The notes under the pieces were generated by a model that was given only the letters and a program-made list of their open reading frames with translations, made no database searches and was not told the origin of the DNA. A DNA stretch of 63,780 bases, the filler included, from Octopus bimaculoides (Eukaryota), in NCBI RefSeq assembly GCF_001194135.2. It is 6 parts of 6 records of this genome, joined end to end, with 100 filler letters (N's around TTAATTAATTAA, not from the genome) between each part and the next. Parts side by side here need not be neighbours in the genome. Positions count along the whole stretch, not along the records: positions 1 to 12,630 come from NC_068981.1; 5 more parts are not named here. One strand, 5' to 3'. Each line of letters begins with the position of its first letter. Positions within the stretch are counted from its first letter, which is position 1. Shown here piece after piece: positions 1 to 10,850 of the stretch. The position numbers were made by a program, and so were the translations under genes.

Positions 1-40
1 GTGTGTGTGTGTGTGTGTGCATTTATATATATATATATAG

Positions 41-247
41 TTTATTTTAAAAAGCGGACAAAAAAAGACAGGACAAAAAATAACGTGAAGACGTAGTACA
101 TGCAGAATATTAATGAGACACTCAGAGAATGAAAGAAAGAGTGGTTGCTTTACGTTTCGAGCATAGCTCTTCTTCGGAAACAGGAGTCACAGGAAAGTTG
201 AAAAGAAAAGGAAGAAGGAGGAAACATTCGCCAACAGTCCATGTGTA
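41..247 (-). mobile_element. ~205-bp hammerhead-bearing (Penelope pLTR-like) element abutting a (TA)n tract
   Basis: Minus strand reads GTTGGCGA, pyrimidine tract, hammerhead motif (146-182), CTGAGTGTC..AATA, ACGTCTTCACGTT, T-rich end into TATATA. Same module order as 487-704. Confidence 0.6.
146..182 (-). ncRNA. Minimal type I hammerhead ribozyme motif, U4->C variant
   Basis: Minus strand: TGTTT CCGAAGA A GAGC-TAT-GCTC GAAAC GTA AAGCA. Stem I TGTTT/AAGCA (5 bp, one G.U), stem II GAGC/GCTC, palindromic ACGT stem III, GUA triplet. Confidence 0.65.
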
Positions 248-364
248 TAGTTACATATAACCCTATTCTTTCTTTCGGTTTTCATTATTTATTTTATTTC
301 TTTATTTTGGTGTAGTTTGCTGACACCTTAGTCATATAGCTAAAACCACCTGCATGATATATAT

Positions 365-405
<41 letters not shown>

Positions 406-415
406 NNNNNNNNNN

Positions 416-460
<45 letters not shown>

Positions 461-486
461 TATGTATGTTTGTATTTTATATATAT

Positions 487-703
487 GTGACCGCGTGTGC
501 ATCGTTGGCGATTTTATTTCCCTGCCTTTCCTTCTTTGGACTTTTCCTATATTTCTGACGAAGATATCCGATCGAAACGTTAAATCCTCTTTCTTTTCTT
601 TCCTTTCCTGAGCGTCCAATAACACTGTATTTATTCCACGTCCTCACGTTGTCTTTTCGTGCTTTTTCGCGTTTTTTCTTCGCTTGTTCATGTTTAAATT
701 GAC

Positions 704-704
<1 letters not shown>
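487..704 (+). mobile_element. ~215-bp hammerhead-bearing (Penelope pLTR-like) element flanked by TA repeats
   Basis: GTTGGCGA, pyrimidine tract, hammerhead (551-585), CTGAGCGTCCAATA, ACGTCCTCACGTT, TTTAAATTGAC then TATATA. TA repeats on both sides. Confidence 0.65.
551..585 (+). ncRNA. Minimal type I hammerhead ribozyme motif with intact catalytic core
   Basis: ATTT CTGACGA A GAT-ATCCG-ATC GAAAC GTT AAAT. Stem I ATTT/AAAT, CUGANGA and GAAA boxes intact, stem II GAT/ATC, loopless palindromic ACGT stem III, GUU triplet (predicted cut after 581). Confidence 0.75.
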
Positions 705-751
<47 letters not shown>

Positions 752-1271
752 CATGCATATATATATATGTATGCATATATATGTATATATATGTATATGT
801 ACGTATGCATGTGTGTATGCATGCATGTATGTGTGTGTGTGTATGTTTGTATGTATGTATGTATGTATGCATGTATGTATGCGAGTAGGGGATGTAGAGA
901 GCAAAAAAGAGAGTCCATTATTGCTACAGATCATCCAAACACTTGATATTGTAAACAAAAATGGGGCTGCTAACAAGTCAAATTGTGTGAAAATATAGGA
1001 CGACTGAACAATGAAACAATACGATAATTACTTCAACAACTTTATCAACCCACAACTATCCACACAACTCTTGTTTTTGAGTTCCCCTTTTCTGTGTAAC
1101 ATCCTGTCTATGTTTTATATTATTTCGTCATCGTCATCATCGCCGCCGCCACCGCCGTGGAGACCAATTGCTGTTGTGTGTGTGTACGTGTACGTATATT
1201 TGTGTACGCTTTTGTGTTTTGTGTTAGCCCTCCATACCGCTTGGCACCAGTGTTGGTTTGTTAATATCCCC

Positions 1272-1276
<5 letters not shown>

Positions 1277-1342
<66 letters not shown>
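1277..1342. repeat. (TA)n microsatellite
   Basis: Uninterrupted TA dinucleotide run. Confidence 0.95.
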
Positions 1343-1349
<7 letters not shown>

Positions 1350-1359
1350 GTATATATAT

Positions 1360-1612
1360 GTACGACGGGCTTCTTTCAGTTTCCGTCTACCAAATCCACT
1401 CACAACGCTTTGGTCGGCCCGAGGCTACAGTAGACACTTGTCCAAGGTGTCACGCTGTGGTTCGGCATAAGAGACCGATACAGTAAGTTCTAGGCATAAA
1501 ACTAAGTATCGGGGTACGTTCGTTCGGCCAAAACCTTCAAAGCGATGCTCCAGCATGGCCACAGTCCAATGACTGAAACAAATAAAGATAAAAAGTAAAA
1601 GAAAATAGATTA
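1360..1612. mobile_element. SINE family A fragments: body (-) 1360-1458 joined to tail module (+) ~1460-1612
   Basis: GGGCTTCTTTCAGTTTCCGTCTACCAAATCCACTCAC followed by TTCGGCATAAGAGACCGATA...CCAGCATGGCCACAGTCCAATGACTGAAAC. Both motifs recur many times in the window. Confidence 0.75.
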
Positions 1613-1849
1613 AACTAATCTTCTTTCATCTCATGTAATTTACCTGTTTTTTAAGACTGCGGGGACTTCAAGGAATTTAGGCTACTGTTTTTAGCAAATC
1701 AACTAACTACATGGAGGTTCTTTCGTCGTTATTACTATTGCTGATGTTGTCGTTGGGGTGGTGGTGACGAAGGTGGCAGTAGTTTCGGTTTGTCGCTGGT
1801 TTGTCATCGAGAAGAAGCGTATTGTAAAAGACAGCGAGAATTGATAGTG

Positions 1850-2225
1850 CGTCGAACAAAATGCTTAGAAGGTGAAATCATCTCTGCCTTTCATCCTTTT
1901 GAGGTCGATAAAATCAGAACCAGTTGAGCACTGGGGTCGATGTAATCGACTAGCCCTTTCCCAAAAGGTATTGTGTCCTTGAGCAAGACACTTTATTTCA
2001 CGTTGCTCCAATCCACTCAGTTGGTAAAAATGAGTTGTTGCTGTAATTCAAAAGGGGCCAGCCTTGTTACATTCTGTGTCAGGCTGAATCTCCCTCAGAA
2101 ATACGTAAAGGGTATGTGAGCCTGCGGAGTGCTCAGCCACTAGTACACTAATATCGCAAGAAGGTTGTTCTGTTGATCGTATCAACTGGAACTCTCGTCG
2201 TCGTAACCGACGGAAAGCCAGGCAA
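1850..2225 (+). mobile_element. Adjacent SINE family B (Meta-domain-like) and family C (CORE-like) fragments
   Basis: CTCTGCCTTTCATCCTTTTGAGGTCGATAAAA...GCACTGGGGTCGATGTAATCGAC, then GTGTCCTTGAGCAAGACACTTTATTTCACGTTGCTCC. Domain names assigned from memory. Confidence 0.65.
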
Positions 2226-2489
2226 GTTGAAACTAAAAGTAGTTGTCATTGGCTAGAACGCTTGATTATAGGTTTGCTAGATTAGAATTGGCCTATGGCT
2301 AAACAGCTACACCAACATCATCACCGTTGTCGACCCTCCGCCTCCACCACACCTACTTCCGTCACTACTGCCACCATCATCACCAGTATCATCATAACCA
2401 TCATCACCGCCACCACTCCGCCATTACCACCATCCTACAAGAAGTTTTCCTAATTCAATGAATGTAAATTATCTCTGCTCTCTCTAACC

Positions 2490-2542
2490 CATTAATTCCC
2501 CATTAATTTCCCATTCATTTCCCATTAATTTCCCATTAATTC
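2490..2542. repeat. ~11-bp tandem repeat (TTTCCCATTAA), about 5 copies
   Basis: CCCATTAATTCCCCATTAATTTCCCATTCATTTCCCATTAATTTCCCATTAATT. Confidence 0.85.
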
Positions 2543-2929
2543 AACCATCTAAAATACACCTCATTTTAAAGTCAATAACTTTCACATAATTTACTGAGAG
2601 CGCGCACGCATACATACACTACCTACACATACATAAATACAATACACGCACATACACACACATACACGCACGTACGCACACTTTATTGTTATCACTGCGG
2701 CTTAGAGATTGTGACGGAGGCGGCATTAGATTGTCGCTCCCCCCTGCTAGAAATAGCAACCAAATTTCCTTCAGATCACATTTTGACGTGTTTTCCCAAC
2801 CACTTAGTTCTGGGTTCAGTCCTACTGCGTGGCACCTTGAGTAAGTGTCTTCTACTGTAGCCTCGGGCCGACCAAAGCCTTGTGAGTGAATTTCGTAGAC
2901 GGAAACTGAAAGAAGCCCGTTGTACATAT

Positions 2930-2963
<34 letters not shown>

Positions 2964-3136
2964 TAGATCGCTGACCACTACACATATTTTTTCTCTCCTT
3001 GTTTCTTTCTGTGTTCCTTTCTGTTGAAAGGCGTAGGCTCGAAACGTCAAAGACTTTCTCTATTCCCGAGTGTTATACTAATACATTCATTTGTTGTTTA
3101 CATCGCCTGTCTTCGTCTGTTGTTTTTTTCGTGAAT

Positions 3137-3140
<4 letters not shown>
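2964..3140 (+). mobile_element. ~180-bp hammerhead-bearing element inserted in a TA tract
   Basis: Pyrimidine tract, hammerhead (3017-3052), CCCGAGTGTTATACTAATAC, T-rich end. TA repeats on both sides. Confidence 0.6.
3017..3052 (+). ncRNA. Degenerate minimal type I hammerhead motif
   Basis: CTTT CTGTTGA A AGGC-GTAG-GCTC GAAAC GTC AAAG. Stem I CTTT/AAAG is perfect and the triplet is canonical GUC. A6->U and G10.1->A changes suggest inactivity. Confidence 0.6.
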
Positions 3141-3176
<36 letters not shown>

Positions 3177-5007
3177 CATCACACGTTTGTGAGTCTGTGT
3201 TTGTCCGCCCACCATCCATCATTTGGCAACCATGCCGCTAGGTTCGGCAAAACAAACCGATAGAATAAGTCCTAGGCTTACAAAGAATAAGTCCTGGGGT
3301 CGATTCGTTCGACTAAAAGCAGTGACTGAAACAAGTGAAAGAATAATGTGGTCTTGATGTATTGGGTCGGGCGAAACGACAGGATGGACATGACCGGAAC
3401 GCTTGTGACCATAGCTTCTCTTAATTAGGGCTGAGCGACGTGGATTGGGGGATAGGCGGTAAACAAAAAACAAAAGACTACAAGTCACCACCATTAACTC
3501 AGTTATCACCACCACCGCCATCATCATGACCACCACCACCACTGTTTTTCATCTGTTTCTTATCATCATCATCATCATCATCATCACCACCACCACTATC
3601 ATCATCATCATCACCACGAAAATCAAAGGGAATTGAAATCAGCGTTTCATTACCTTTTAGATAATGAAATATTTGCTAATTACGTAGTGCTGGCTCTTTC
3701 AATACATCCAGTAGTGTGAATTATATCACATGCATGCTAGAGGGAAAAAGAAAGAAAAAAATCATCTCTGTAGACCGAGCCTTATCGTTCGACCGACAAC
3801 CTGGTTGAAATTGTCCAATCGATCGGTTATTACTTTGGTTATTACACATCAACAACAACGCAAAATATTCTGTTAAAATTGCGTACCTACAAGATCCATT
3901 CAGTCCATGTTTTTGAATCGATGGTTTCCTCACAGATCGCACTATTCTGAGAACCCCGACTAAAACCCTTCAAGGCGATGCCCCATCATGACCGCAGTCC
4001 AATGATTCAAACAAGTAAAAGATAAAAATGATAAACACACACACACACACACAGACAGATTCACGCACGTTCATACATTACTGGACAAATATGTTGCATC
4101 ACACGCATACTTCACATTGCATACATTACAAAGAAAGATACACGTACCACTAAAAGCACCCCAACAAAAACAGTCAGTGAATAATAGACAAGAACAGAAA
4201 GAGATAAAGGGAAGTTATTTAATAATTAGTAGTATAAACGTGTGCCACTTGTCCTACAACAGTCAGTCCACCTGCGTGTGCATACATCTATACATACATA
4301 CATGATTACGCACACACGTATGTATGTATGTATGTATGTGTATATATATATATATATATATATNNNNNNNNNNNNNNNNNNNNNNNNNNNNNNNNNNNNN
4401 NNNNNNNNNNNNNNNNNNNNNNNNNNNNNNNNNNNNNNNNNNNNNNNNNNNNNNNNNNNNNNNNNNNNNNNNNNNNNNNNNNNNNNNNNNNNNNNNNNNN
4501 NNNNNNNNNNNNNNNNNNNNNNNNNNNNNNNNNNNNNNNNNNNNNNNNNNNNNNNNNNNNNNNNNNNNNNNNNNNNNNNNNNNNNNNNNNNNNNNNNNNN
4601 NNNNNNNNNNNNNNNNNNNNNNNNNNNNNNNNNNNNNNNNNNNNNNNNNNNNNNNNNNNNNNNNNNNNNNNNNNNNNNNNNNNNNNNNNNNNNNNNNNNN
4701 NNNNNNNNNNNNNNNNNNNNNNNNNNNNNNNNNNNNNNNNNNNNNNNNNNNNNNNNNNNNNNNNNNNNNNNNNNNNNNNNNNNNNNNNNNNNNNNNNNNN
4801 NNNNNNNNNNNNNNNNNNNNNNNNNNNNNNNNNNNNNNNNNNNNNNNNNNNNNNNNNNNNNNNNNNNNNNNNNNNNNNNNNNNNNNNNNNNNNNNNNNNN
4901 NNNNNNNNNNNNNNNNNNNNNNNNNNNNNNNNNNNNNNNNNNNNNNNNNNNNNNNNNNNNNNNNNNNNNNNNNNNNNNNNNNNNNNNNNNNNNNTATATA
5001 TTAAACG

Positions 5008-5049
<42 letters not shown>

Positions 5050-5619
5050 CGTGTTTTATAACACACACACACACATATTAGAGAGGGATGGGGGAGAGAG
5101 GGAGAAAGAGATTTTACGCTGTTATACGTACAGCCGATGTTTAATTTGGAATTTAAACGAGAAAGTTCATCAAACAGAGCAGTAAGCAACGAAGCAACTT
5201 CTCATTGGCAACTTCGCCGACATTTAATATGTTCTAGCGTTGATTTGTTTACAATCTCGACGAATTTCTAACGTTAATTTTCTCAATCGTAACTGTAACA
5301 TGTTTCTTCTTGCCATAGACACACAGAAATATATTAACTAAAAACGTTAGATGCATGTACAGACCCGTGCCTTTTGCAAACATTAAGCTCTGTATATTTA
5401 TTTTGGAAAGGAAAAAAATCCCTCTTTTATTACAGATTTTCGTGATATATGTGTGAACAAGGGCTTCTCAAAACATCGTTTTTTACCTTGTCGTTTTCTC
5501 TCATTATTTGATTTAGTTTTTTTGTTTTTGTTTTTTTTCATTTACGCCATGTATGTCGCGTTCATTATATACATTTTCTTCCCTTTAAATTATTCTATTA
5601 ACAGACTTTGGAATAAATC

Positions 5620-5860
5620 ACAAGGTTCCTGTCACTCTATCAGTAAAAGGCGCTTCTCCGCCATCTTCCCCTTTCTCTCTCATGGTGGTTTCACATCGAC
5701 CCCAGTGATTAACTGGTACTTATTTTAACTACTCCGAAAGTATGAAAGGCAAAGTCGACCTCGTCGGAATTTAAACTCAGAACGTAGAGACAGACGAAAT
5801 GCCACTAAGCATTTCGTCCGGCGTCCTAACGATTCTGCCAGCTCGCCACCTTCGTTTTCT
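5620..5860 (-). mobile_element. SINE family B (tRNA-like head, Meta-domain-like)
   Basis: Reverse complement reads GGTGGCGAGCTGGCAGAATCGTTAGGACGCCGGACGAAATGCTTAG...GTTCTGAGTTTAAATTCCGACGAGGTCGACTTTGCCTTTCAT. Confidence 0.8.
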
Positions 5861-6201
5861 CTCTCATATTGCGTTCCAACGGATTCTAATTTAATGGTAA
5901 ATAGGTACCATATAGAAGTAACACTATATTTTCATTCGACTCTCCCGTCGCTTCGACGAATGGCGGCTCAGCAAAACAAAAAGGTAAAGACAACCATCAT
6001 TCCATGATGGCCTGTGCGGAGGGTCACAACTGAAGAATTCTAGTGATATTTACTACCTGTCTCAGTCGCCTCTTTTTTTAGCCTCTAGACATGTGAACAA
6101 AGTGTAATGGTATTGGTACTGGTGTTTTGGTTTGCAAAACAACTTGCATAATGAAGATTATCATAGTGGTACGGTTTACTGCAGAGCCAGTCCTACATCG
6201 T

Positions 6202-6268
6202 GCATTTTCTCCGGCCTGCTAACCATTCTGCCAGCTGAAAGAATGGTTAGCACAAGGGAGAAAATGCT
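6202..6268. repeat. Fold-back formed by two head-to-head SINE B 5' ends
   Basis: GCATTTTCTCC..GCTAACCATTCT / AGAATGGTTAGC..GGAGAAAATGC: 12-bp and 11-bp perfect inverted blocks. Confidence 0.75.
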
Positions 6269-6649
6269 TAACTGCATTTCTTTCGGTTTTACATTCTTAA
6301 TTCAAGTTCCACAGAGATCGACTTTGCCTTCCAATCTTCGGGATCATTAAAATAAATACACACACACACACACACACACGCACGCACACACAAACACACA
6401 TACACATACACACAAACACACATACACATACACACACACACACATATTCCATAACTATCATCTCTGGAGAGTGCACGGTTACATAATCAGACTGTTACCT
6501 AACACTCCGTTGAACCTCTAGTACGAAACCGATCGGTTAGATCGGCTGTAATGGATATATAATACTGTACACTTCCATTGATTTATCCACTCTACTGACG
6601 AGTGCATTTTTTCCTGACTTATGGACTTATGGACGACTATATATATATA

Positions 6650-6800
6650 CGATGGGTTTCTGCACAGTTTTCATCTGCCAAATTCACTCACAAATCACTG
6701 GTCGGTCCAAGGTTATATAGTAGAAGGCTTTTGCCCCAGGTTCCGCGCAGTGGGACTGAACCTGAAACCAAGAGGCTGCAAATCAAGTTTCTTAACCATA
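6650..6800 (-). mobile_element. SINE family A, diverged head/body
   Basis: ACGATGGGTTTCTGCACAGTTTTCATCTGCCAAATTCACTCAC...GCAGTGGGACTGAACCTGAAACC. Confidence 0.7.
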
Positions 6801-6959
6801 TAGCCGTGTTAAAAGAATGTTACATCTGAATTTGGACGCCATATTAACTCTTATATTAAATTTAAATCTGGACTCTTTTGTTTATTTAAAGGTAATGATA
6901 TTGGCGGTGGAAACTTATATTTCCAGTCTCTTTCACAGAGCATGACACTGTTAGTAGAA

Positions 6960-7290
6960 ACCTAATTGGATGTAGACTGGCATTCCGTCGGTTTCGACGA
7001 CGAGTGTTCCAGGTAATCGGATCAATGGAACAGCTGGCTCGTAAAATGTGCATGTGGTTGAGCACTCCATAGACACGTGTACCCTTAACTTAGCTCTCAG
7101 GGAGTTTCAGCGTAACACAAAATGCGACAAGGTTGGCCCTTTGAAATACAGGTGCTGCCTATACTTGCTAGCTGAATGAACTGGAACAGCGTGAAATAAA
7201 ATGTCTTGCTGAAAAACACAACGTGTCGCCAAAATTCGAACTCATGACCTTACAATCGCAAGCCGATTACCCTAACCACTAAGCCACTCT
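6960..7290 (-). mobile_element. SINE family C, diverged
   Basis: TTCCGTCGGTTTCGACGACGAG...GGAACAGCGTGAAATAAAATGTCTTGCTGAAAAACAC...CCCTAACCACTAAGCCACT. Reverse complement of the 1970-2225 and 22335-22560 modules. Confidence 0.65.
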
Positions 7291-8766
7291 CCTCCTCTGA
7301 TTAGATGTAATATTTGTTTGGTTTTTTTGGGTTTTTTTTCTTGTCGAAGGAATGTGTACAGATTGCATTTTAAAAATGTTCAGTGGTTCTTCGTTTATTG
7401 ATGTGTAGAAAGATGTACCGCTGTTAATCAAAACAGAACCAATTATAGTAAAATTTCGCAATGTTTTTGGTACTGTGAAACTGAATGGATTTTCAATTAC
7501 CACCCATATTTGATGGCAGAGAAGACGTATGGGTATATTAGGCATCCGCGAATTTCAACAGCGCATATTCATGAAATAAAGTTTTTATTGCATTAAAGCA
7601 TGTAATATACACAGAGGACCCAGGGTAATTTTTTTTTAGGCGTTTTTTTTGTTTCTTTGGTAAACATAGCTCATCTTATATACCATCAAATATGGCAGCG
7701 GCATTTTAGTTCGTGTGTGTGTGTGTGTGTGTGTGTGTGNNNNNNNNNNNNNNNNNNNNNNNNNNNNNNNNNNNNNNNNNNNNNNNNNNNNNNNNNNNNN
7801 NNNNNNNNNNNNNNNNNNNNNNNNNNNNNNNNNNNNNNNNNNNNNNNNNNNNNNNNNNNNNNNNNNNNNNNNNNNNNNNNNNNNNNNNNNNNNNNNNNNN
7901 NNNNNNNNNNNNNNNNNNNNNNNNNNNNNNNNNNNNNNNNNNNNNNNNNNNNNNNNNNNNNNNNNNNNNNNNNNNNNNNNNNNNNNNNNNNNNNNNNNNN
8001 NNNNNNNNNNNNNNNNNNNNNNNNNNNNNNNNNNNNNNNNNNNNNNNNNNNNNNNNNNNNNNNNNNNNNNNNNNNNNNNNNNNNNNNNNNNNNNNNNNNN
8101 NNNNNNNNNNNNNNNNNNNNNNNNNNNNNNNNNNNNNNNNNNNNNNNNNNNNNNNNNNNNNNNNNNNNNNNNNNNNNNNNNNNNNNNNNNNNNNNNNNNN
8201 NNNNNNNNNNNNNNNNNNNNNNNNNNNNNNNNNNNNNNNNNNNNNNNNNNNNNNNNNNNNNNNNNNNNNNNNNNNNNNNNNNNNNNNNNNNNNNNNNNNN
8301 NNNNNNNNNNNNNNNNNNNNNNNNNNNNNNNNNNNNNNNNNNNNNNNNNNNNNNNNNNNNNNNNNNNNNNNNNNNNNNNNNNNNNNNNNNNNNNNNNNNN
8401 NNNNNNNNNNNNNNNNNNNNNNNNNNNNNNNNNNNNNNNNNNNNNNNNNNNNNNNNNNNNNNNNNNNNNNNNNNNNNNNNNNNNNNNNNNNNNNNNNNNN
8501 NNNNNNNNNNNNNNNNNNNNNNNNNNNNNNNNNNNNNNNNNNNNNNNNNNNNNNNNNNNNNNNNNNNNNNNNNNNNNNNNNNNNNNNNNNNNNNNNNNNN
8601 NNNNNNNNNNNNNNNNNNNNNNNNNNNNNNNNCACTGCCATGCCTGCGCCTATACATTTTAAGCTTGTATTGTTTTCGTATTTGTTTTTCACACGACTTT
8701 AACTTGTTCTAATTTATTTAGCAATAAATGCAAAACTTTGCAACGCTTTAACTTAGCAATTTGGCA

Positions 8767-9505
8767 AAACACGAACGGCCACCTCATGAAATATTTAGAG
8801 GCGAACGGACAGCAAGAGAAATCTTCAGAGGAAGAATTCTCGGCAAGCAAGTATTTTGGACCGTTAATTCCTGGCACTCCATGAGAACTGGACCCACCCA
8901 AGTCACGACTCCTAGGCATCTTCCTACTGGTTTTCAAAAGCTGCATTCAGTAGGGATTGAATCCGAAACGTTTGGGTGATATTATTTCCCAAGTAGCATG
9001 GTCATCTCTATAAAAACATGAACGTCCACATCATGAAATATTTAAAGGCGAACAGACAGCAAGAGAAATCTTCAGAGGAAGAATTCTCGGCAAGCAAGTG
9101 TTTCGGACCGTTAATTCCTGGCACTCCATGAGAACTGGACCCACCCAAGTCACGACTCTTAGACACCTTCCTACTGTATTTCAAATGCTGCCTTCAGAAG
9201 GGCTTGAATCCGGAACGTTTAGGTGATATTATTCCCAAGTAGCAAGGTCATCTCTTTAAAAACAGGAACGGCCATATCATGAAATATTTAAAGGCGAACG
9301 GACAGCAAGAGAAATCTTCAGAGAAGGAATTCTCGGCAAGCGTTTCGAACCGTTAATTCCCGGCACTCCATGAGAACTGGACCCACCCAAGTCGCGACTC
9401 CTAGGCATCTTCCTACTGTTTTTCAAAAGCTGCCTTCAGTAGGGATTGAATCCGGAACGTTTGGGTGATATCATTTCCCAAGTAGCAAGGTCGTCTCTAT
9501 ACAAA
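8767..9505. repeat. Three-copy tandem repeat, 246-247-bp unit
   Basis: Unit start GAACG(G/T)CCA at 8773, 9020 and 9266. Copies are highly similar along their length. Confidence 0.9.
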
Positions 9506-10319
9506 CTCCGCCATTTTCATGTTCTTTGTTTTCCTTATTCCTCTCACTCTCAACATTATCCGCCATCCGATCTTGACTCCCTCCTTCCCCTACGCCCTCC
9601 CTCCTTTATCACAGTTTCTTGTTCTACCCTTTTCCATCTAATCTACCCTTGCCTTTTTCCTTTTGACTTTGCTTCTTCTATTTCTAACCCCCCCCCTTAC
9701 CCTTCTCTCCCTTCTCGCTGCCATTGCCCCCCCCCCCGTCTCCGCTTCCCTTAGCAATTGTTCTCACCACTATCTTCTCATTCATCACATCATTACTTCN
9801 NNNNNNNNNNNNNNNNNNNNNNNNNNNNNNNNNNNNNNNNNNNNNNNNNNNNNNNNNNNNNNNNNNNNNNNNNNNNNNNNNNNNNNNNNNNNNNNNNNNN
9901 NNNNNNNNNNNNNNNNNNNNNNNNNNNNNNNNNNNNNNNNNNNNNNNNNNNNNNNNNNNNNNNNNNNNNNNNNNNNNNNNNNNNNNNNNNNNNNNNNNNN
10001 NNNNNNNNNNNNNNNNNNNNNNNNNNNNNNNNNNNNNNNNNNNNNNNNNNNNNNNNNNNNNNNNNNNNNNNNNNNNNNNNNNNNNNNNNNNNNNNNNNNN
10101 NNNNNNNNNNNNNNNNNNNNNNNNNNNNNNNNNNNNNNNNNNNNNNNNNNNNNNNNNNNNNNNNNNNNNNNNNNNNNNNNNNNNNNNNNNNNNNNNNNNN
10201 NNNNNNNNNNNNNNNNNNNNNNNNNNNNNNNNNNNNNNNNNNNNNNNNNNNNNNNNNNNNNNNNNNNNNNNNNNNNNNNNNNNNNNNNNNNNNNNNNNNN
10301 NNNNNNNNNNNNCGTTGTC

Positions 10320-10620
10320 ATCACGACCACCACCACCACCACCACCACCACCACCACTTCTTCAACCACCATCATCACCATCATCGTTACTAATACTCTG
10401 CAATCTACTACTACCGCACGTACCAATATTACGCCCCCTCCATCACCACTAGTTTTACAACCACCCCTACTATCACTACCACCATCGTTACCACCTAACA
10501 ATAACTGCACCTTCATCTATATACTACTACTACTACTACTACTACCACATCACACTTCTACCGTCCTCACCGCCATCACCACCACCAATAATAACAACCT
10601 ATCACCACCACCACCACCCT
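10320..10620. repeat. Degenerate (CAC)n/(ACT)n trinucleotide low-complexity tract
   Basis: CACCACCAC and ACTACTACT runs following an N gap. Confidence 0.85.
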
Positions 10621-10792
10621 ATTTCCACCCTCCAGAGATGTTGTATAACTATTTCTTCAGAAGATAAATCTTCAGCACTGAACGTTATTCGGAAACTTCT
10701 TTTTGTTTTCTCTTTGTAGTTTTCTTTCACTCTTAGTCTAAGACTCCATCTATGTCTCTCAATTTATCTCACTTACCTATTTTTCTCCTTCT

Positions 10793-10850
<58 letters not shown>

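Larger units (their letters stand above)
2790..3345 (+). mobile_element. SINE family A copy interrupted in its internal TA tract by a hammerhead element
   Basis: Head/body 2790-2925 (GGGTTCAGTCCTACTGCGTGGCACCTTGAGTAAGTG...GGAAACTGAAAGAAGCCCG). Tail ~3190-3345 (GGTTCGGCAAAACAAACCGATAGAATAAG...GACTGAAACAAG). Confidence 0.75.

Noticed and set aside
8955-8975. Fourth hammerhead in the tandem repeat
   Set aside because: Only the stem II-GAAAC-GUU half is present. There is no CUGANGA box, and two of three copies have GGAAC.
8761-8979. 72-aa ORF with repeated EIFRG
   Set aside because: It starts on TTG, derives from one unit of the 247-bp tandem repeat, and the frame is not preserved in the other copies.
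8767-9505. CRISPR-like array
   Set aside because: Eukaryotic context, long contiguous units with no unique spacers, and no cas genes.
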